Assembly (NCBI RefSeq): GCF_009834535.1
Contig: NC_045696.1
Span: 13,456,001 to 13,520,000, forward strand
Length of the DNA: 64,000 nucleotides
Direction: 5' to 3'
Source of the DNA: Camelus ferus
Taxonomy: Eukaryota
Shown here: piece by piece, positions 1-13,458 of the stretch
Layout: every line of letters starts with the position of its first letter
Numbering within the stretch: position 1 is the first letter of the stretch
Position numbers and translations under genes: made by a program
The notes under the pieces: model-generated
What the model saw: the letters and a program-made list of their open reading frames with translations, nothing else
The model's database searches: none
What the model was told of the DNA's origin: nothing

Positions 1-697
1 GAAATTCACTTTCTAAGGTGATCTCCACAGGTGACTTGAGAAATCACTACCTAGCCTGTAGAAATTATCATTTCAAAACAGTCCCTCAGAGGATGGATCA
101 GGTCTGACAAGGGGCTAAGGGTGGGAGACGATTTCATGCAAGATAACTTCAGTGATTGTTTTGGCTCAAAATAATTTATTTTGCACTGTGCTTAATGACA
201 TTTTCTAGTATTCTTTTGCTGAAATATCAAGATGATTCTCAATGTAAAACAAGAAAGATTAAGGCTGAATCCAAAAGTAATGCACTATAGAAAATAGCTC
301 CCAAATACAGCCACCCTGATAGCCACAATTTTATAAAATACACAAACCAGCTGTAAAAAACATAGATGGGAGATTTGGCTTGGTGAATAAATAGGAAGAG
401 AATATGGCTTAGCAAGTGGCTGATTATATTGGTTGGCTGCATTTAACTTTACATCTGGATGGTTTGGCATTGTGCAGCTAGCTAGCAAAAGCATATACAG
501 TATTTGGCTTCTCTTATTTTTTTAGTTACTTGCATAAGCAAATAAGAAAGTTATGTCAACTACATTTTAACTTCTATGAAATTGTATAATACACATAATT
601 ACCATGAATTGGACAGTGACTTACATTTAACTTGATGGTGATAACAATAATAACTTTCCACTGTCAATTGAAAATCAATGTCTTTATTGAATTCAGC

Positions 698-727
698 AAA
701 AAAAAAAAAAAACAAAAAAAACAAGCA
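698..727 (+). repeat. A-rich / poly(A) tract
   Basis: Run of A interrupted by a few other bases (aaaaaaaaaaaaaaacaaaaaaaacaagc). Confidence 0.9.
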
Positions 728-2040
728 AACATGTTAACCAATGGAATACTTCCAAATTTGTAAAGTCTGCATCAAAATTATATAAGCTTGTCCATTGCTC
801 TTTCTGTTTGTGAGAAACATTATACAATTAGAGTTTGTGGCAGACAAAATTTTTTTGAACACTTCACAATTATTTTAATTTCTGTCTGAGGCTGGCATGC
901 TGCTTTTGATTTCTGGACCCTATTTCTGATAACTTCTAATGAATGAAGTGGTTATTCTTCCAACAGTGATAATAAACGAGAGCTTCCCTGTTCACCCTCT
1001 TGCTCCGTCTCCTTTGAGATAGAATGAAGATTCCATCCATGGCCATAATAGAATAAACAGGTGCACACATGACCAAGACCCACAAAGGGGTAGAAGCTAT
1101 TCACAAGTATAGCCACAATAAGCTATTATTCCATATATCTTACCTCTGACAAGCCAAGTCTTTCTCTATGCCTAGGATTATGCTTTCCTTATTGCAATAA
1201 GATGAATAAGGTCTACGCTGATTTCTACCTATAGTTTCAACAAACTTCTTATATCTTCTACAACTATTCTTTCATGGCCCTTTTCTCTTGGAAGCTTTTC
1301 CTGGAAATAAAGACCAACGGTTTCTTGGATGGGTTCCCTTATCACATGCTTACCTTTACTCCTGCTACGAATGAGCAACACTCAATTCTGTATAAATACG
1401 TTTGACGGACCTTCAGGCTGGACTCTTCCTACTAATTGCCGACTCTACCTCATAAAATCAAAGTTTTATTATTTTGGGGTGAAGTGTTACAGGATGTTCT
1501 AAACCTCCAGTCGATCCCTATATGCCTTGCCTTAGCAAATGTTAACAGTCAGATCTGCCAATAACATGTAATGCATTACAAAGCCAATCACAGATAACTT
1601 TGTTAAATCCCCAGTTTTGAATCACCCTGACCACTGTTTGCTTCCCAAAGTGAATATTCAAGAGATTATATACCTTTTGGTTTCAGCTTTTGGTCCAGCA
1701 AGGATATCACCAGAAATGCAGTGTAGTTTCCCTCCCTACTTCTGCTTACTGTCGGGGTGATTTGAAAGAGTGTTGGGAGTGAAAAATAGAATATTTATTG
1801 CAAAGGGTACTTGCGTTCCTTTTTCTTGGGAACAGAGAGTGAAGTTAGAACCAGGTGAGATAAAGCAAAGGGAAGAAAGGATTGCTCTGCTATTTATGCA
1901 TCTGTGTACTTCAGATTCTGATACCTTACTAGAAATTTTAAAAAGGTTTTGCCTGCATTCTTGAAGAGTCAATTTAAGATTGTTAAATTCAGAAGATGGT
2001 TAAATTCAGTATATAGCGAGAAGTACTTAGATTTTAAAAT

Positions 2041-2042
<2 letters not shown>

Positions 2043-2074
<32 letters not shown>
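2043..2074 (+). repeat. (GT)16 microsatellite
   Basis: Perfect dinucleotide run read directly. Confidence 0.98.
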
Positions 2075-2076
<2 letters not shown>

Positions 2077-4099
2077 TTGATCATGATAGGAAATTCAGTT
2101 CCAGAGTGAAAGTTCAACTCCTTCCTGTTATTATAATCAAGTAGAGAAGGGCAGAGATAGGGCAGTGGTATTTCCAAACTATCTGATGGACAAGTCAACA
2201 TTAACTTTTTATATCATTATTATATTAATACTTTATCCTTGCCAGTGTACTTTACTACCTCACAGGAATCTTAATATTTTGGCATTGAGGGCAGCAGGAG
2301 TGCTAATAATTTTTCACTCTCTATAAAGAGCTCTCTCCCTATTTCATTCACAATTTAAGATTTACAAAGACTTCTTGGATGACCCTTTGGCTAGAGATCA
2401 TATATTTTATTTAATGGCTGATTTTAGAATAATCGTGCAGAGAAAAGGTGTAGCAAAGGAGATCTAAGAGAATGCTTTCTATACTTCTGACCTGGATTCC
2501 AATTACTTGATTACGTTCCTTGTTTTTCACTTGCATCCCTGGTTCTTGACTTCCCTAACCTCACGAATGGCATACGTGTACTATGCAGCTAGGCTCAATA
2601 AATAACCCACAGAATATAAGAATAAATCACTGAACAGCTTCTTCCAAGTACACTCATGCTGTCAAACTGTCACATTTAAAAGATTTATTGGATTGGTTCA
2701 TGGGAGGTGGATACTGAAGCTCTCTAGGGATCCAACGTAATGACTGTTGTGCCTCAAAATAGTGGCAGACACTCAGAGTCTGAATCAGGACCCCTGAACC
2801 CAATCTAATTCTGTTCTCATTGTAACTTGCTCTTCGGAGGACTTCTTTCCATTTTGTTTTGTTTTTGTTTTTAATTTTATTTTCTCAAAAATGTTGATCT
2901 ACTAGTATCTTATTTATCCTCAAGATCAAATGGAGGTTTTGAAAAATAGGAAATTTCATATAGAGGTGATACTGATGTTTGATGCTTACATAACTATTTG
3001 TGCCAATATTTTGAAATTTGTTGAAAGTAAGATTTTTTTTTACATGAAACGCATTACATGTTTTTTCTTATGTGTAAGAGATGTGAACCTGGTGTTTTAA
3101 AGGATTTCCTATTTTAGAATCCTGGTTCCTGCTGAAAGCTTTAGACGAGAGCTGGCCAAGACAAAACTCCATTTCTATGGAAGGAGAAAATCCTAAGAGA
3201 AGATGGATGGATTTGAATTTAGCAGAAATAGACCTACAAATTAATTCATTTGTTGGGGTTAGGAAGGGTGGTGTACTAAGGAGGGGAACCTGGAACCAGC
3301 TCTCCTTCCTTTAGTAACAGAGCTCTGCTTTGTGGCTGATTTAAATTTATATGCTCGCTCTTTCTAGAGTGATGATTCTTCTTTTGACTGATTCAGTCCT
3401 TACAGACTCCTCGTTTTAGGGCAGGAAGTTGGTTCTGTCACGTCCAAGTTTTCACTCTATGATAGTCGGTGCACTGGGAGTAGAGCAGATACAGGCAACT
3501 GTCATTTTCTGACAGGAGACTGACAGTGGGAGTTGGAGTCACTCTCATTCTGCCGTTTTGAAAGGTGTAGTATCTCAGGAGTAAACTCTCAGCGGTTCAA
3601 TTGGTCTTAATTTGATGTTTGCTCTAACGGATATCTCTGTCATTCCATTTTTTTTTCTTTTGCTTAATTTTGTTTAATTTCCTATAAATATGGATTTTTT
3701 TTAAATGTGAAGTATTTAGAGTCTTAATTTGTTTTTACCTCTGAGTGTAATATATTCTTGCAGTTCTCAGATGGTTTAGCCAGTGCTAGCAAATATCTAA
3801 CATCACCTAACACCTAGTAGCCTTAAAACATGAGGGTCAAAATTAAACCCTCAAGTCTGCATGGAATGGTAAGGACACATCTCAGGCCTCAACTTTTAAC
3901 TTGTGATCTGGCACATTCTCTTCTTTAATAAATCTATTAAATTTAAATTTAGATACATTTAAGGAAAAAGATGCCCGAATGAAACTAAAAGAATGGTTGG
4001 ACTTTAGGTACATACTTATCAAAACAAGTTAATTACTAAAAGTCCCTCTAGATTTAAGAGAAATGTAATGAAAAAGAATAAAGTTTGGGGTCCTTATGA

Positions 4100-5560
4100 G
4101 TTCTTAATCACAGATTTCAACTTCAGAGAGTATGTCTTGCTGCTCTACAGAAGTATTATTAACAACAGCATCTCTTGCTACTACCCAGGAGGAGCATGAA
4201 TTATATTTACATATAGTCTCAACTCCTGTCTTCTGCCACCTGCCCATTTTAGTGAATTACATCGTGTTTACACTGTTGAAGTTCATAACATCTACGCCTG
4301 TTCTATCAAATTACTTTTCCCGGGTTGCTAAATCTCTGTGCTACTTTTAAAAGATTTAATGCTGGTAACTAGTCTTTTTACTACAACTTTTCCATTCCCT
4401 AAGTCTTTGTTTTGATTTACTTAGTCTTTGGCTGGATAGGCTTATCAAGTAACTTTTCTGGAAGGTGCGAAGTTCTTGAATACTCCAGAATACTTGATAC
4501 TCAATGGACAAAGAAGTGAATAACAGTCTTTCTCTTACTTTCAAAACTTTCCAGTCCGTCCACTGCCTTCAGACATGGAGTGTTAGTAAGGAAAAATCAA
4601 AGGACATTCATGTTATTCCTTATGTTTATGTAAATATTTTCTTTATCTTTAAATAACTTTATTAAAATATTTTAAAATTGATCGTACAGTTCTAATTTCC
4701 TCAGGAAACTGGGGTGACTGCTTAGAATGATTGTTGCTTTATTTCAGGAATTTTCCCCCTTACATTCTTGGTGTTTTTACCCCCCCCCTTTGTTTATTGA
4801 GATCTCTTTTACAGGAGCATGAATTAAGCAAATATACATGGAATATTTTTTTTGTCCTCTCTGTCAGGCAGCATTTTTGTGATCATGTAAAAATTCCTGG
4901 TTTTTTTTTTTTTTTTTTCCATTTTGTTTTGTGAGATTTCTCAAGCCTGTTCACTACGTTTCTACGGTTCTCATTCTTACTAATCCTGTTTTGGTTACTC
5001 TACTGTGGCTTTTTTCTCTAAAACATTCATGTTACTCTTTCATTCCTTTGTTAGTTATATTAGCTGCCTTCCCTTCTATTTTCTTATCTCTGATTTGCAT
5101 ATTTTTATCTCCTCTTTGCATCTTCCCTGACCCTTCCCTCAGCAGATCACCCTTTCTACAGTTTATTCGAGAAAATAAAAAGTTGTCTAACATCTATTCT
5201 GGTTTCCTCTCGAAGAATTTGTTCTCCTTTGCCCTTTGCTGATTTTCATTTTTTCCCTTTCTATGTCTCTGTATTATGTACACCTCTGTTCCATGTTGGA
5301 TCCTTTCAGATTATTTTATCTTTTTTCCAAAAGGGTTAGTAGTTTGCTGAAGAATTGTGTGGGGAGGGGCAGCAAGACAGAAAGTGGGTGGGCAGACCGC
5401 AGTCTTCATCCAGGGTCTTCACATTAGCTTTTTAGTACACCTGGACTGCTTTCTCCCTTCCCCTTAAAATGTGCTGCTCCTCCTTAAATATCAGCACCTA
5501 TAAAAGTCCTTCTTTTTCATCCTATTTACCTAGATTTTTCAGAACTTCTTCACAAGCCAA
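4100..5560 (-). mobile_element. Highly decayed ancient L1 (L1ME/HAL1-like) fragment
   Basis: Long T/pyrimidine-skewed tract resembling antisense ancient L1 5' regions. No diagnostic motif confirmed; boundaries approximate. Confidence 0.35.
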
Positions 5561-5769
5561 AGGATGCTTTATCACACCACTCTGGTTGTTTTCTCCAGCT
5601 GACTGACAGCTCCACGAAGACCAAACAAAACCCAAATCTGTTTTGTTGACCAGTGTAAATACAACATATATAAAAGATACATCATTTATTAAAATAATGA
5701 ATGAATAATGAAGCACTTGGTTCATGCATTTTCTTATCATGTTCTACTCTGTATTATACTTTCTCATAT

Positions 5770-5908
5770 AGTTGCCTTACTATTTTTATAAGGTTTTAAG
5801 TCCTCTGAAGTAAAAAGAAAACCTTTATATTGTTCACCTTGGTATCTCCTACCTTACATGGTGCCAAGCATTCATGAGGTTAATAATTGTTTGCTGAATT
5901 CAATGGAT
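5770..5908 (+). mobile_element. L2 3' end fragment
   Basis: tgttcaccttggtatctcct...catggtgccaagca...aataattgtttgctgaat resembles the L2 3' terminus. Confidence 0.55.
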
Positions 5909-6789
5909 TTGAATTAAACCGTCAGAACAATACTAAGTTGTTGCCAGGATATCACAGATGGTAAATGGCAGTCTCCTTTGCTAATAGCTTCCAAGGTTGA
6001 TGATGAGATAAAATCAGTCAAGCATCCATCAATATGGGAAAAGCTCCTAAATTTGAAATCCTCTTTCTAAAAGTCATTGTACTGTTGCCTCATTTGTTGT
6101 ATTATAATTCTGTTTCAGGTGCCGATCCTTCCTTAGAGCATCAAGCACAGATCTTAGGTGTCACTGTGGAGAATATGGGGTGATAGAGGGAAGGAGAAAA
6201 GGCCACTAAAAGCAGGCTGTTTGCCTTTGACCATGTTCTTGACCAAAGACAATGCATTTATCTGGTTTCTGCCCCTTTCTCCTTACTCACCCCCTTGACT
6301 TCAGATTCTCAGTCAACCTCTAAAGAGAGAGAATAGCATTAAATTCAAGATGAATACCAATGACAGTCTGTAAAAGCTTGTGCATTTCAAGGGCATGTTG
6401 AGAAAGCTACCCCAGTTCTGCAGGTGTTAATTATGGTTGAAGCTATCCTAAAGATGGAGGGTGTGCTATGCTCCTCTGGTCTCCATGCCTTCTAGTGCTC
6501 TCCAGTGACTGGAAGGGAGAACCAACCTGCAGGTTGTCCAGATTACTGGAGATGCTATTATACACTTGAGTGGAATGAAAGAACTGGGGCCCCACCAGAA
6601 ACATTTTTCAGAATGCAGAAATCTGTGTAAATCCTAAACGAGTGTATGCCCAAGAAATTTAAGCCTGTTCTTTTTGGTTCTCTTCCAATTACCAACCTTC
6701 AGAAAGATCACAATATTTTTCTCACTTCATTGACTTTAGCCAATAGGAAACCCTCAACTATTTTAAGTATTTAAATAATACTTAAAATA

Positions 6790-6851
6790 ACAAAAATAGT
6801 ATTCTACTTGTCACAAATATACAAAAATAGTATTCTACTTGTCACAAATAT
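6790..6851 (+). repeat. Perfect 31-bp tandem duplication
   Basis: acaaaaatagtattctacttgtcacaaatat at 6790-6820 and again at 6821-6851, identical. Confidence 0.97.
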
Positions 6852-7224
6852 GAGTATTTGTGTGTATCTTAAGTAAGGTTTCTTAATTCCAAAGATATAA
6901 ATATAATTCAACAGATGTAATATTTTTTTCATTAAGAATTCAAATTAAGCAGCTTGTAGGTTTTTAAATCTCCATTTTTTTTAGAAATGTGGCTATATGT
7001 GTTACTCATTTTAAGGTTTTCAAAGTTAAAGCTAATGCTGCTACTGGTTTAATATTCTAATGACACACACACCCTGGACTCAGTCTCCAGCATTCTCTTT
7101 CCTGACCACTCCTGCTCAAAGCAACAATAATGACCACAACAATGACAACCACAGCACACATAAAAATTAAACCCAGGAATGGATAATGTGGTCACAGGTA
7201 CCAGGAAATTATTGATGAAAGTCA

Positions 7225-10200
7225 TTTTTTAACATTTTTATTGATTTATAATCATTTTACAATGTTGTATCAAATTCCAGTGTACAGCACAACTTTTCAG
7301 TTATACATGAACATATATATATATATTTATTGTCACATTTTTTTCCTCTTCGGGCTACCATAAGATCTTGTACATATTTTGCTGTACTATACAGTATAAT
7401 CTTGTTTATCTATTCTACAGTTTTGAAATCCCAGTCTATCCCTGTCCACCCTCTGCCCCCTTGGCAACCACAAGTTTGTATTCTATGTCCATGAGTCTTT
7501 TTCTGTTTTGTATTTATGCTTTGTTTGTTTGTTTGTTTTAGATTCCATATATGAGCAATCTCATATGGTATTTTTCTTTCTCTTTCTGGCTTACTTCACT
7601 TAGAATGACATTCTCCAGGAGCATCCATGTTGCTGAAAATGGCATTATGTTGTCGGTTTTTATGGCTGAGTAGTATTCCATTGTATAAATATACCACTTC
7701 TTCTTTATCTAGTCATCCACTGATGGACATTTAGGCTATCTCCATGTCTTGGCTATTGTAAATAGTGCTGCTATGAACATTGGGGTGCAGGTGTCATCCT
7801 GAAGTAGGGTTCCTTCTGGATATATGCCCAGGAGCGGGATTCCTGGGTCATATGGTAAGTCTATTCCTAGTCTTTTGAGGAATCTCCATACTGTTTTCCA
7901 TAGTGGCTGCACCAAACTGCATTCCCACCAGCAGTGTAGGAGGGTTCCTCTTTCTCCACAGCCTCTCCAGCATTTGTCATTTGTGGATTTTTGAATGATA
8001 GCCATTCTGACTGGTGTGAGGTGATACCTCATTGTAGTTTTGCTTTGTATTTCTCTGATAATTAGTGATATTGAGCATTTTTTCATGTGCCTATTGATAA
8101 TTTGTATGTATTCTTTGGAGAATTGCTTGTTTAGGTCTTTTGCCCATTTTTGGATTGGGTTGTTTGGTTGTTTCTTATTAAGTCATATGAGCTGCTTATA
8201 TATTCTGGAGATCAAGTCTTTGTCGGTTTCATTTGCAAAAATTTTCTCCCATTCCGTAGATTACCTTTTTGTATTACTTATTGTTTCCTTTGCTGTGCAG
8301 AAGCTTGTAAGTTTCATTAGGTCCTATTTTCTTATTCTTGCTTTTATTTCTATTGCTTGAGTAGACTGTTCTAGGAGAACATTGTTGAGATGTATGTCAG
8401 GTAATGTTTTGCCTATATTTTCTCCTAGGAGGTTTATTGTATTTTGTCTTATGTTAAAGTCTTTGATCCATTTTGAGTTGATTTTTTTGCATGGTGTAAG
8501 GGAGTGTTCTAGCTTCATTGCTTTACATGCTGCTGTCCAGTTTTCCCAACACAATTTGCTGAAGAGACTGTCTTTATTCCATTGTATATTCTTGCCTCCT
8601 TTGTTGAAGATTAGTTAACCAGAAGTTTGTGGGTTCATTTCTGGGCTCTCTAATTGTTCCACTGGTCTATATGTCTGTTTTTGTAGCCATACCATGCTGT
8701 CTTGATGACTGTAGCTCTATAGTATTGTCTGAAGTCTGGGAGAGTTATTCCTCCAACCTCTTTCTTTCTCTTCAGTAATGCTTTGGTAATTCTAGGTCTT
8801 TGATGGTTCCATATAAATTTTATTATGATTTGTTCTAGTTCTGTGAAATATGTCCTGGCTAATTTGATAGGGATTGCATTAAATCTGTAGATTGCCTTGG
8901 GCAGTGTGACCATTTTAATAATATTGATTCTTCCAATTCAAGAGCATGGGATATCTTTCCATTTTTTAAAGTGTTCTTTAATTTCCTTCATCAATGGTTT
9001 ATAGTTTTCTGTGTATAATTCTTTCACCTCCTTGGTTAGATTTATTCCCAGATATTTTATTATTTTGGGTGCTATTTTAAAGGGGATTGTTTCTTTACTT
9101 TCTTTTTCTGTTGATTCATTGTTAGTGTGAAGAAATGCCACTGATTTTTGAATGCTAATCTTATAACCTGCTACCTTGCTGAATTCTTCATTCAGCTCTA
9201 GTAGTTTTTGTGTGGACCTTTTAGGGTTTTCTATATATATAGTAACATGTCATTGGCATATAGTGACACTTTTACCTCTTCTTTTCCAATTTGGATCCCT
9301 TTTGTGTCTCTCTCTTGACCGATTGCTGTGGCTAGGACTTCCAAGACTATGTTGAATAGGAGTGGTGATAGTGGGCATCCTTGTCTTGTACCAGGTTTTA
9401 GTGGGAAGCTTTTGAGTTTTTCACCATTGAGTACTATGCTGGCTGTAGGTTTGTCATATATAGCTTTTATTATGTTGAGATATGTTCCCTCTATACCCAC
9501 TTTGGTGAGAGTTTTCATCATAAATAGGTGTTGAATTTTATCAAATGCTTTTTCTGCATCTATTGAGATGATCATGTGGTTTTTGTCCTTTCTCTTATTG
9601 ATGTGATGTATTACATTGATTGATTTGCGTATGTTGAACCAGCCTTGTGTCCCTGGGATGAACCCCACTTGGTCATGATGTATAATCTTTTTTATGTGTT
9701 GTTGGATTCTATTTGCTAAAATTTTGGTGAGGATTTTGGCGTCTATGTTCATCAGTGATATTGGCCTATAATTCTCTTTTTTGGTAGTGTCTTTGCCTGG
9801 TTTTGATATCAGGGTGATGTTGGCTTCATAGAATGAGTTTGAGAGTATTCCCTCATTTTCAATCTTCTGGAAGAGTTTGAGAAGGACTGGTATGAGTTCT
9901 TCTTTGTATGTTTGGTAGAATTCCCCAGTGAAGCCGTCCGGTTCTGGACTTTTATTTGTAGGGAGGATTTTTATTGCTATTTTGATTTCATTTCTAGTGA
10001 TCGGTTTGTTCAAGTGGTCAGTTTCTTCTCGTTTCAGTCTTGGTGGACAGTATGTTTCTAGAAACTTGTCCATCTCCTCTAGGTTATCCAGTTTGGTTCC
10101 ATATAGTTTTTCAAAGTATTCTCATATGATATTCTGTATTTCTATTTTATTTGTTGTAATTTCTCCATTTTCCTTTCTTATTTTGCTAATTTGTGCCCTC

Positions 10201-10329
10201 TCTTTTTTCTTCTTTGTGAGTTTGGCCAGAGGTTTGTTGTTTTTATTTACTTTTTCAAAAAACGGCTTTTGGTTTGATTGATTTTTCTATGTTTTTTTTT
10301 AATCTCTATTTAATTTATTTCCTCCCTAA
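7225..10329 (-). mobile_element. Young 5'-truncated LINE-1 (~3.1 kb; ORF2 3' part plus 3' UTR), lineage-specific subfamily
   Basis: Minus-strand ORFs translate to L1 ORF2 ([52 protein letters not shown]). The 3' UTR ends in AATAAA plus an A tract at ~7225-7245. Degenerate TSD tgatgaaagt(ca/gc)tttttt at 7213-7230 and 10330-10347. Confidence 0.97.
7538..10329 (-). pseudogene. Disrupted L1 ORF2 (reverse transcriptase and C-terminal cysteine-rich domain)
   Basis: Split into ORFs 9231-10073, 8938-9141, 8650-8913, 8324-8554 and 7736-8086. The RT F/YADD motif reads YAND and is followed by a (TA) slippage frameshift. The endonuclease domain is absent. Confidence 0.93.
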
Positions 10330-10989
10330 TGATGAAAGTGCTTTTTTGAGTCCTTACTTTGTGCTTATAACATCTTGTGTTTTTGTTCTTCATCCAGACT
10401 CTGACAGTTTTTTGATCTTAACCATGTACCAGCACATAAATTCTCTTCATTAAGAACTGGAACCACTATTCTCATTCTGTGTAAACTAATCAGTCATATC
10501 CTCAGCTCATTCCAAGCTGGAAATCACCAGTACAAAAGGAGAAATGATACGCATTATGAGGTAACTAACAAGTAACAATGCTACTTGTTAAAAAGTAACA
10601 TAAAAGCCAGAGAGTATCCCCAAACAAAATTTATTCTTTTAATAGAGCATACCTGAAAGCAAACTTCGACTTATGATACCAACACACGCTCATTTAGAAG
10701 AATGTCAATAATACAATTGTACTTTTTATAACTTTCAGTTTGTACAATGCTTTAGCTTATTTTAGGATCAATAAAAAGATGAGTCTATCATAATAACTCA
10801 ACTACAGATAATTTTCTGAGACAGGAGAGTAGCATTCCTTATGCCAAGCAGCTCGGTTACAAACATAAGAGACCAAAGGTAAACAGATTAATAAATGTGA
10901 ACAGCATCCTACTTGAATAATTGGTGTTGTCTAAGACCCCACCTTCAGCCGGTCCTTTGCCTTCACTCCCTCGTTTCACCAGATAATGC

Positions 10990-11190
10990 AGTCAGACTGA
11001 CCTGAGCTCCAGTCCTGGTTCTGCCTCTTACCAGCTGTGTGATCATGCATTTGTGACCAAGCACATTAATCAGTGTCTCTGGGACACATTTCCTCTCCTG
11101 AAAAACATGGATCTGATAACTAACTTACTGAGCTATGAGCTTAACTAAGGAAATCAGATAAACAGCACCCATTCGGCATCAGGCTTACTA
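10990..11190 (+). mobile_element. MIR SINE
   Basis: gtcagactgacctgagctccagtcctggttctgcctcttaccagctgtgtga matches the MIR 5'/core region. Confidence 0.75.
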
Positions 11191-11259
11191 ACCCATTCTG
11201 TGGCTCCAGCAAATTTAGTAACTAGAACATTTCCCAAAACAGCATCTTTAGCACTGACT

Positions 11260-12203
11260 GACCTCTCTCTTGATCTGCAGTTTCTCCTTGCAACATCAGT
11301 CCTGATATCTTCACTTGGATAAAATGCTGTGTCTTCAAATTCAGCATGTTAAAAATCAAACATATTTTCTTTCTCCCGAAGTCTGCACTGATCCCTAATA
11401 TCCTGGTTTCTCTTAAAGGCAGCACCATCCCCCTCACTTACATAGGTATCAGAGCCATGTTTGACCCTTCTTCTTAATTCCCTCCCTGTGTGGAAGAGTC
11501 GTCAAGTCCTACTGCATCTCCTTCTGCAAAGTTTCTTAGATCTACTCCCATCCCTCCATCCCCATTGTCAGTGTCCCCATTCAGAATGACTACTGCTTTT
11601 CTGAGCTCTTTTGATGGACCACCAACAGCTCTTGCTGACTTCAGCCTCTGCTCACATCATCTCATTTGTACATTTCCTCTTGAAGGATTTTCCTTAACAT
11701 GTCTTACCATGTCAGCGTTTTTCTTGCTTCTATGTTGATCTGAATGCCAACACCTTGATTTTCAAAGACTTCAGGAATCTGACCCTACTAAATTTAAATA
11801 GCCAATTCTCCCCCACAGACTGCCTTTAAAATTTTGGTTGCACTCACAACAAATGCAAATAGTCAGTTTCTGAACCATTCCCATACCTTCCACATCTCCA
11901 TCCATTGAGACTTTGATCAATCTGTTCCTCTGATCAGGAAGGCCCTCTACCACTGGAAACTCTACTCATTCCCCAAAGCTTAGATTAAAAACCATCTGCT
12001 CTATGCAGACTTCCCTCATCCTGCCTCTCCTTGCTAGACCTCTTTTGCCCTTTATCATTTCCACTTTCGTTCATACATACATGCATACATCTTATTTCTC
12101 TTACTAGATTCTTGAATCCTTGAGAGCACAGCTTATACCTTCTTCACAGTAGGCACAGAGAAGGTATTATATAAACATGGTCTGCAAGTTGAAGTGAATG
12201 AAG
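11260..12203 (+). mobile_element. L2 LINE 3' fragment
   Basis: atcttcacttggat...ttcaaattcagcatgt...ggcagcaccatcc body, and a terminal ctagattcttgaatccttgagagca...tgaatgaa. Confidence 0.75.
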
Positions 12204-12853
12204 GAACAACCACATAAATATGCAAGTCACTTAGGAAACTTTGCATTTATCAAAATGTTTCTTGGCTGATGAATGCTGTACACGAAGTAAAGTATTATGT
12301 CACTTTATTTTGATATAGAAGAATATTTTCTTCTGTCATCTTGAGAATTATTTTTTTTTAGATCTTAGCACTTGTGTCAAATTACTGTATTTCAACTGTA
12401 GATTTGAGATCACAGTAGAAATATATTTTTATTTTAGTGTTTCTTAATGTATATAACCTCTCTGATAAATGTACCATATTTATTAATAAACTGTATTGAC
12501 TGTCTAGATAAAAACCTTTCGGTAACACAATTCATGCTGATCATACATCCTAAAGCCTCAAGATTTGCATAAAATCAACATATCTTCCCCCCTTAAAGTA
12601 CTCTTCTGTGCCATTCTAAAAGTAGCAAAAGGATTTTTTTTTTTAATATAAAAGGAATTCTATCCTCATTGAACAGTTTAAGTAAACCATTTTTTCTCAT
12701 CCCTCCACTGGCAAAATATTTTACATTATCTCTAAAAACCCTAACAATTCAAAGGAAATGACTGTGAAATGTGTGCCCTAATGAATATTTCTTTCAAGTA
12801 AGTAAAACCTCAATACTTAAAATAAAACAAGACTTAACATTTATACAGCGATA

Positions 12854-13051
12854 CAGAGTTTCTCAACCTCAGCACAATTGACATTTTAATCTAAATAATG
12901 TTTTGTTGTGGGGCTGTCCTGTGCATTGTAAAATGTTGAACAGCATATACTCACTAGATTCTAGTAGGACTCCCTCCTGCAACATCGCAAATGTCTCTAG
13001 ACATCACCAAACATCCCTTGGGAGAAGATTGCCCCCATCTGAGTACCACTG
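12854..13051 (-). mobile_element. MER20 (hAT-Charlie DNA transposon)
   Basis: Reverse complement of the MER20 consensus (cagagtttctcaacctcagcac...ggggctgtcctgtgcattgta...tgagtaccactg). Confidence 0.9.
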
Positions 13052-13101
13052 CAGAGGTACTTGCTGTGTTTTTATTAACTAATCTGTCCAATCCAAGTTT
13101 T

Positions 13102-13458
13102 TGAAGTAAAAACGAATGACTCCACTATCCTTTACTACCAGTTAAAAATTATCACTTGCCATCTGCCACTACAAAGATTAAGTCACTGGCCACTGCAATC
13201 ACTGACCTTCAGCAAAACCTGAAAGGAGGTCTGGGAGGAGATCAGGGATGAGGCACTCTGTGTTCTGGGAACACTGGCAGAAGAGGCCTTTAGATAGTTA
13301 GATGTCTTCAGGAGCAGATTCTATGAGCCCAGCTTCTTGTGTCTCCTCATATCTAGAAAAGCACTAACATCATTAACGGTGACATCTGCTCCTCATGACT
13401 AGCAGCAACCTTCTGCCAAAATGTGTGTTTGACTGCACAGATCTCCCTTCACCAAAAC
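13102..13458 (+). mobile_element. ERV1-class LTR fragment (cetartiodactyl, MER41-like)
   Basis: gaggcactctgtgttctgggaacactggcagaagaggcctttagatagttagat...ctcctcatatctagaaaagcactaa resembles an artiodactyl ERV1 LTR. The 3' part is missing and the family name is uncertain. Confidence 0.55.

Noticed and set aside
6119..6157. 39-nt exon-like segment after ttctgtttcag
   Set aside because: Good acceptor but poor donor (tag|gtgtca), with no partner exons or recognisable peptide.
9231..10073. 280-aa reverse-transcriptase ORF as a novel RT system or host gene
   Set aside because: Ordinary L1 ORF2 fragment in a 5'-truncated, frameshifted copy with a mutated catalytic motif.
8040..10281. Hydrophobic plus-strand ORFs resembling membrane proteins
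   Set aside because: Antisense translations of A-rich L1 ORF2. The same applies to similar ORFs at 4.9 kb, 20.2 kb and 48.6 kb.
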